From an uncultured archaeon (GTDB lineage: Archaea > Aenigmatarchaeota > Aenigmatarchaeia > QMZS01), in the NCBI GenBank assembly GCA_964386335.1, contig CAYLRQ010000002.1:1-34837 (forward strand): a stretch of 34,837 bases of DNA, written 5' to 3'. The position numbers were made by a program, and so were the translations under genes. The notes beneath the pieces were generated by a model. It saw nothing but the letters and a program-made list of their open reading frames with translations. It was not told the DNA's origin and searched no databases. Shown here in pieces: positions 31,957 to 34,837 of this stretch (the stretch's first letter is position 1; every line of letters begins with the position of its first letter).

Positions 31957-33873
31957 TCATTTGCCAATAATCTTCCTGATTTCTCCGATACATTCCGGAT
32001 TGGAAAGTGTGCTTAAATCTCCGAGTTCTTCTCCAGTAAACAATCTCTTCAAAATTCTTCTCATTATTTTTCCAGATCTGGTCTTCGGCAACTCCCTAAC
32101 AAAATAAATCCCGGAAGGTCTTGCAATTTTTGAAATTTCTTTTTCAACTCTTCTCACTATTTCTTTTTTCATTTTTTCATTTGGTTTTCCAGATTTTAAA
32201 ACGACAAAGGCTATTGGAACTTCTCCTTTTATTTCGTGCGGAACTCCAATAACAGCGCACTCATCAATTCTCTTATCCAGATCTATAACATTCTCCAACT
32301 CCCCAGTTGATATTCTGTGTCCCGCAACTTTAATTACATCATCTGCCCTTCCAACAATTCTTATTAATCCATTTCTATCTCTATATGCCAGATCACTTGT
32401 AAAATAAATTTTGTCTCCATATTTGCTCCAGTAAGTATCGACATATTTTTTGTGATTGTTGTAAACTCCTCTCAGCATTCCGGGACTGAAAGGAGGCAGT
32501 ATTACTAAATTTCCCTCTTTGTTTGCCGGAAGAGATTTTCCTTTATCATCCAGAATATCCGTTTTTATCCCGGGAAATGGAACTCCAGTAAAAGTTGGTT
32601 TGAAGGGGCCGATTCCCGGCAGAGAGGTTATCAGAATTCCTCCAGTTTCGGTTTGCCACCAGGTATCCAGGATTGGACATCTTTCTTTTCCGACTTCCTT
32701 ATAAAACCAATGCCAGGCTTCTTCATCAATTGGCTCTCCTACAGAGGCGATAATTTGCAGGGTGTTTAATTTCTCCTTAAGTTTTTTAATTTCTTTTTCA
32801 AACATTCTTATCGCAGTGGGAGCGGTATAAAAAGTTGTTACTCCGTATTTTTCAATAATCCGGGCCCATCTGTCTGGAGTTGGAAAATCCGGAGCGCCTT
32901 CATACAAAACATAGGTGGTGCCGTTTAATAAAGGACCATAACAGGAATAAGTATGCCCAGTAATCCATCCCAAATCGGCAGTGCTCCAGAAGATATCGTC
33001 ATCAAAAAGATCAAATATATATCTCGCAGTCCAACAGGCCTGAACAGTATATCCTCCGCAGGTATGAACTATTCCCTTTGGTTTTCCAGTAGAACCAGAA
33101 GTAAATAAAATAAATAATTTGTCTTCTGAATTCATTTGTTCCGGTTTGCAATAATCTGATTGCCCTTTGATTAAATCATCAAAAAAATAATCTCTGCCTT
33201 TGACAAGTTTTATTTTATTGTTCGCTCTTTTTGCAATAATTACTTTTTTAATATTTGTTCCTTTAATTCCCTCATCGGCGCTTTCTTTTAGATTAATTAT
33301 TTTTCCCCTTCTGTAATATCCATCTGCGGTAATTAAAATCTTGGCTTTAGTTTCCTGCAATCTTATTTTCAAAGCGTTTGGGGAAAAAGCAGAAAATACC
33401 ACGGAATGAACGGCTCCTATTCTTGCGCAGGCCAACATCGAAATTATCGTCTCTGGAATCATCGGCATATATATGCCGACAACATCTCCTTTTTTAACTC
33501 CCAATTTTTTCAAAGCATTTGCGAATTTATTTACTTTCCTATAAAGATCATAATAGGTAAATTTTATTTCCCTTTCTTCAACGGACTCCGGCTCAAAAAT
33601 CAAAGCGACTTTATTTCTTCTTTTCTCAAGATTTCTATCAAGGCAATTATAACAGATATTTATTTTCCCTCCGACAAACCATTTAAAATAGGGAGGCTCG
33701 TGAACAAAGACCTTATTCCATTTTTTAAACCAATGCAACTCTTTTGCGAGTTTATCCCAGAATCTTATTGGATTTTTGTTTGCTTCTTTATAAATGGAAT
33801 TGCTGTTTATCCACGCTCTTTTTTTAAATTCTTTGTCAGGAAAATAAGAAGTTCCCTTTTTTATTATTCCCAT
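31957..33873 (-). CDS. acs: Acetyl-CoA synthetase (AMP-forming)
   Basis: 638 aa. AMP-binding signature FTSGSTGKPKG, plus WWQTETGG, GRADDVIKVAGHRISTGELE and LPKTRSGKIMRRILK. Confidence 0.9.
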   Translation of the reverse strand: MGIIKKGTSYFPDKEFKKRAWINSNSIYKEANKNPIRFWDKLAKELHWFKKWNKVFVHEPPYFKWFVGGKINICYNCLDRNLEKRRNKVALIFEPESVEEREIKFTYYDLYRKVNKFANALKKLGVKKGDVVGIYMPMIPETIISMLACARIGAVHSVVFSAFSPNALKIRLQETKAKILITADGYYRRGKIINLKESADEGIKGTNIKKVIIAKRANNKIKLVKGRDYFFDDLIKGQSDYCKPEQMNSEDKLFILFTSGSTGKPKGIVHTCGGYTVQACWTARYIFDLFDDDIFWSTADLGWITGHTYSCYGPLLNGTTYVLYEGAPDFPTPDRWARIIEKYGVTTFYTAPTAIRMFEKEIKKLKEKLNTLQIIASVGEPIDEEAWHWFYKEVGKERCPILDTWWQTETGGILITSLPGIGPFKPTFTGVPFPGIKTDILDDKGKSLPANKEGNLVILPPFSPGMLRGVYNNHKKYVDTYWSKYGDKIYFTSDLAYRDRNGLIRIVGRADDVIKVAGHRISTGELENVIDLDKRIDECAVIGVPHEIKGEVPIAFVVLKSGKPNEKMKKEIVRRVEKEISKIARPSGIYFVRELPKTRSGKIMRRILKRLFTGEELGDLSTLSNPECIGEIRKIIGK

Positions 33874-33938
33874 TATTAATTTAATTCTTTTAAATATAAT
33901 TTTAAAATATAAAATACAAAAAGAAAAAAATCAAATGT

Positions 33939-34169
33939 TTAGAGTTCTTTTATTTTTTCGGATATGAACTCTTTCAGTTCTTCGTTGTCTGCGGGTATTG
34001 CTATGGATTTTTTGTATCTCTTGCTTCCGTCTGGAGCAAAGAATCCCCTTGCAATTTGCAGGAATTCGTTTTCTCCGTCATCTCCTTTCGCCAGTTTTCT
34101 CGCTATTTCTATAAAGTTGTTGTTTCCGAATTTTATTTCTTCACTTTTCAGCGTTTCAAATTCAACCAT
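33939..34169 (-). CDS. Small hypothetical protein (76 aa; weak resemblance to the PC4/p15-like ssDNA-binding fold)
   Basis: Compact ORF with its own spacing. The pattern KFGNNNFIEIARK...FLQIARGFFAPDGSKRYKKSIAIP is reminiscent of PC4-like proteins, but this cannot be confirmed by eye. Confidence 0.4.
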   Translation of the reverse strand: MVEFETLKSEEIKFGNNNFIEIARKLAKGDDGENEFLQIARGFFAPDGSKRYKKSIAIPADNEELKEFISEKIKEL

Positions 34170-34395
34170 TTGTTTTCACTTAATTAATTTGTTTTTAAAC
34201 TTTAATAAAGGTTGTTGATTTATTAAATATTGCCTTTTATCCCCATATGATTTAAATTTCTCCTGCTTATTGGTTTGTTTTTTGTTCTGAAAAAAGAAGC
34301 CACTATTTTGGAATTTTTGGCAGAAATTTTAAAACAAATATAAAAATCTTTCTATAAAAAACAATTTTAAAAATAAAAGAATTTCAAAAAAATTA

Positions 34396-34428
34396 AAAGA
34401 AAACAAAAAAAGCCTTTAAAAAAGGCTT
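34396..34428 (-). terminator. Hairpin plus oligo-T terminator downstream of the S-layer gene
   Basis: The minus strand reads AAGCCTTT-TTT-AAAGGCTT (perfect 8-bp stem, plus-strand 34410-34428) followed by TTTTTGTTTT. It begins 14 nt after the stop codon at 34443-34445. Confidence 0.55.
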
Positions 34429-34442
34429 ATATCTGGACAGAA

Positions 34443-34837
34443 CTACTCGGTCTGATTTCCTTCAGCGAGAGGAGCCAGAGTGGGGTTTGTAGTACCCGTT
34501 ACCTTAACTGCTGTTCCCGTTAATTTGGGTGCATATTCGTCATAGTCATATTTCTGCAATACGCTGCAAGCTGCCTGCGTGTTTTCTGCTTCCCAACCTG
34601 CAACAATTAAAGCAACTTTTCCTGTTGTGAAAGCATCATTGACAAGTTTTATCACTGCGGCATCTTCTGGAATTGTTGATGCCTCTCCGTAGGTTGGATA
34701 ACTCAATCCAAGAGCCTGCGCAGTTAATCTGTTAACTGCCGGTCCTCCAACCAAAATCAAATTCTTCTCCGTCTTTGCAGTTTCAATTTCCGGATCTGTA
34801 TCCAATCTTGCAATGTTGTCCATTATTGGAACAACCT
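34443..34837 (-). CDS. S-layer protein, C-terminal part (gene continues beyond the window edge)
   Basis: The frame stays open to the window edge (..VVPIMDNIARLD..). NLILVGGPAVNRLTAQALGL...GKVALIVAGWEAENTQAACSVL matches the conserved C-terminal domain of euryarchaeal-type S-layer proteins. G+C is visibly higher than in neighbouring genes. Confidence 0.6.
   Translation of the reverse strand, partial: VVPIMDNIARLDTDPEIETAKTEKNLILVGGPAVNRLTAQALGLSYPTYGEASTIPEDAAVIKLVNDAFTTGKVALIVAGWEAENTQAACSVLQKYDYDEYAPKLTGTAVKVTGTTNPTLAPLAEGNQTE

Noticed and set aside
33406-33879. 157-aa plus-strand ORF inside acs
   Set aside because: It is antisense to a highly conserved acetyl-CoA synthetase. It is a shadow ORF.
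1-34837. Mobile elements, prophage, diversity-generating retroelement or defence island explaining the large accessory-looking block
   Set aside because: I saw no integrase, transposase, reverse transcriptase, terminal inverted repeats or duplicated target sites next to the tRNA. I saw no template/variable repeat pair at nucleotide level by eye. The flanks are core housekeeping genes. An exhaustive nucleotide self-comparison (dot plot) was not possible by hand and would be the proper check.

Overview
AT-rich (about 30% G+C by eye) archaeal chromosomal segment. The gene set (RpoP/Rpo12, ribosomal proteins S28e and L24e, archaeal SepF, archaeal-type Cmk, a tRNA with a bulge-helix-bulge-type intron, an STT3/AglB-like domain) and generally shortened proteins (809-aa SMC) suggest a small-genome, probably DPANN-type archaeon. 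Layout: (i) 0.1-5.8 kb holds chromosome, cell-division and translation housekeeping: smc, a TtuA/NcsA-like tRNA thiolase, intron-containing tRNA-Arg, scpA, rpoP, sepF, cmk and a PRC-barrel protein. (ii) 5.9-23.0 kb, half the window, is a five-gene envelope module and my candidate for an undescribed system. Two divergent ~1,000-aa paralogous surface glycoproteins flank a tightly packed minus-strand operon. That operon encodes a 90-aa single-pass protein, a 2,990-aa giant protein and a 475-aa cytoplasmic coiled-coil protein. The giant protein has a sequon-rich, propeller-tipped ectodomain joined by one TM helix to a cytoplasmic FtsK/HerA-superfamily P-loop ATPase. (iii) 23.1-28.2 kb holds UDP-GlcNAc supply genes (glmS split into two ORFs, glmM-like, glmU-like) and a Dol-P-type GT2. 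(iv) 28.3-34.8 kb holds rpl24e-rps28e, an HTH regulator, a pilin-like small protein, a YchF-type GTPase, a stand-alone AglB C-terminal-domain protein, acs, a small unknown protein and the 3' end of an S-layer gene that runs off the window. I saw no rRNA, CRISPR array, transposase, integrase or reverse transcriptase. All calls are hand reading of the translations; no database search was possible.
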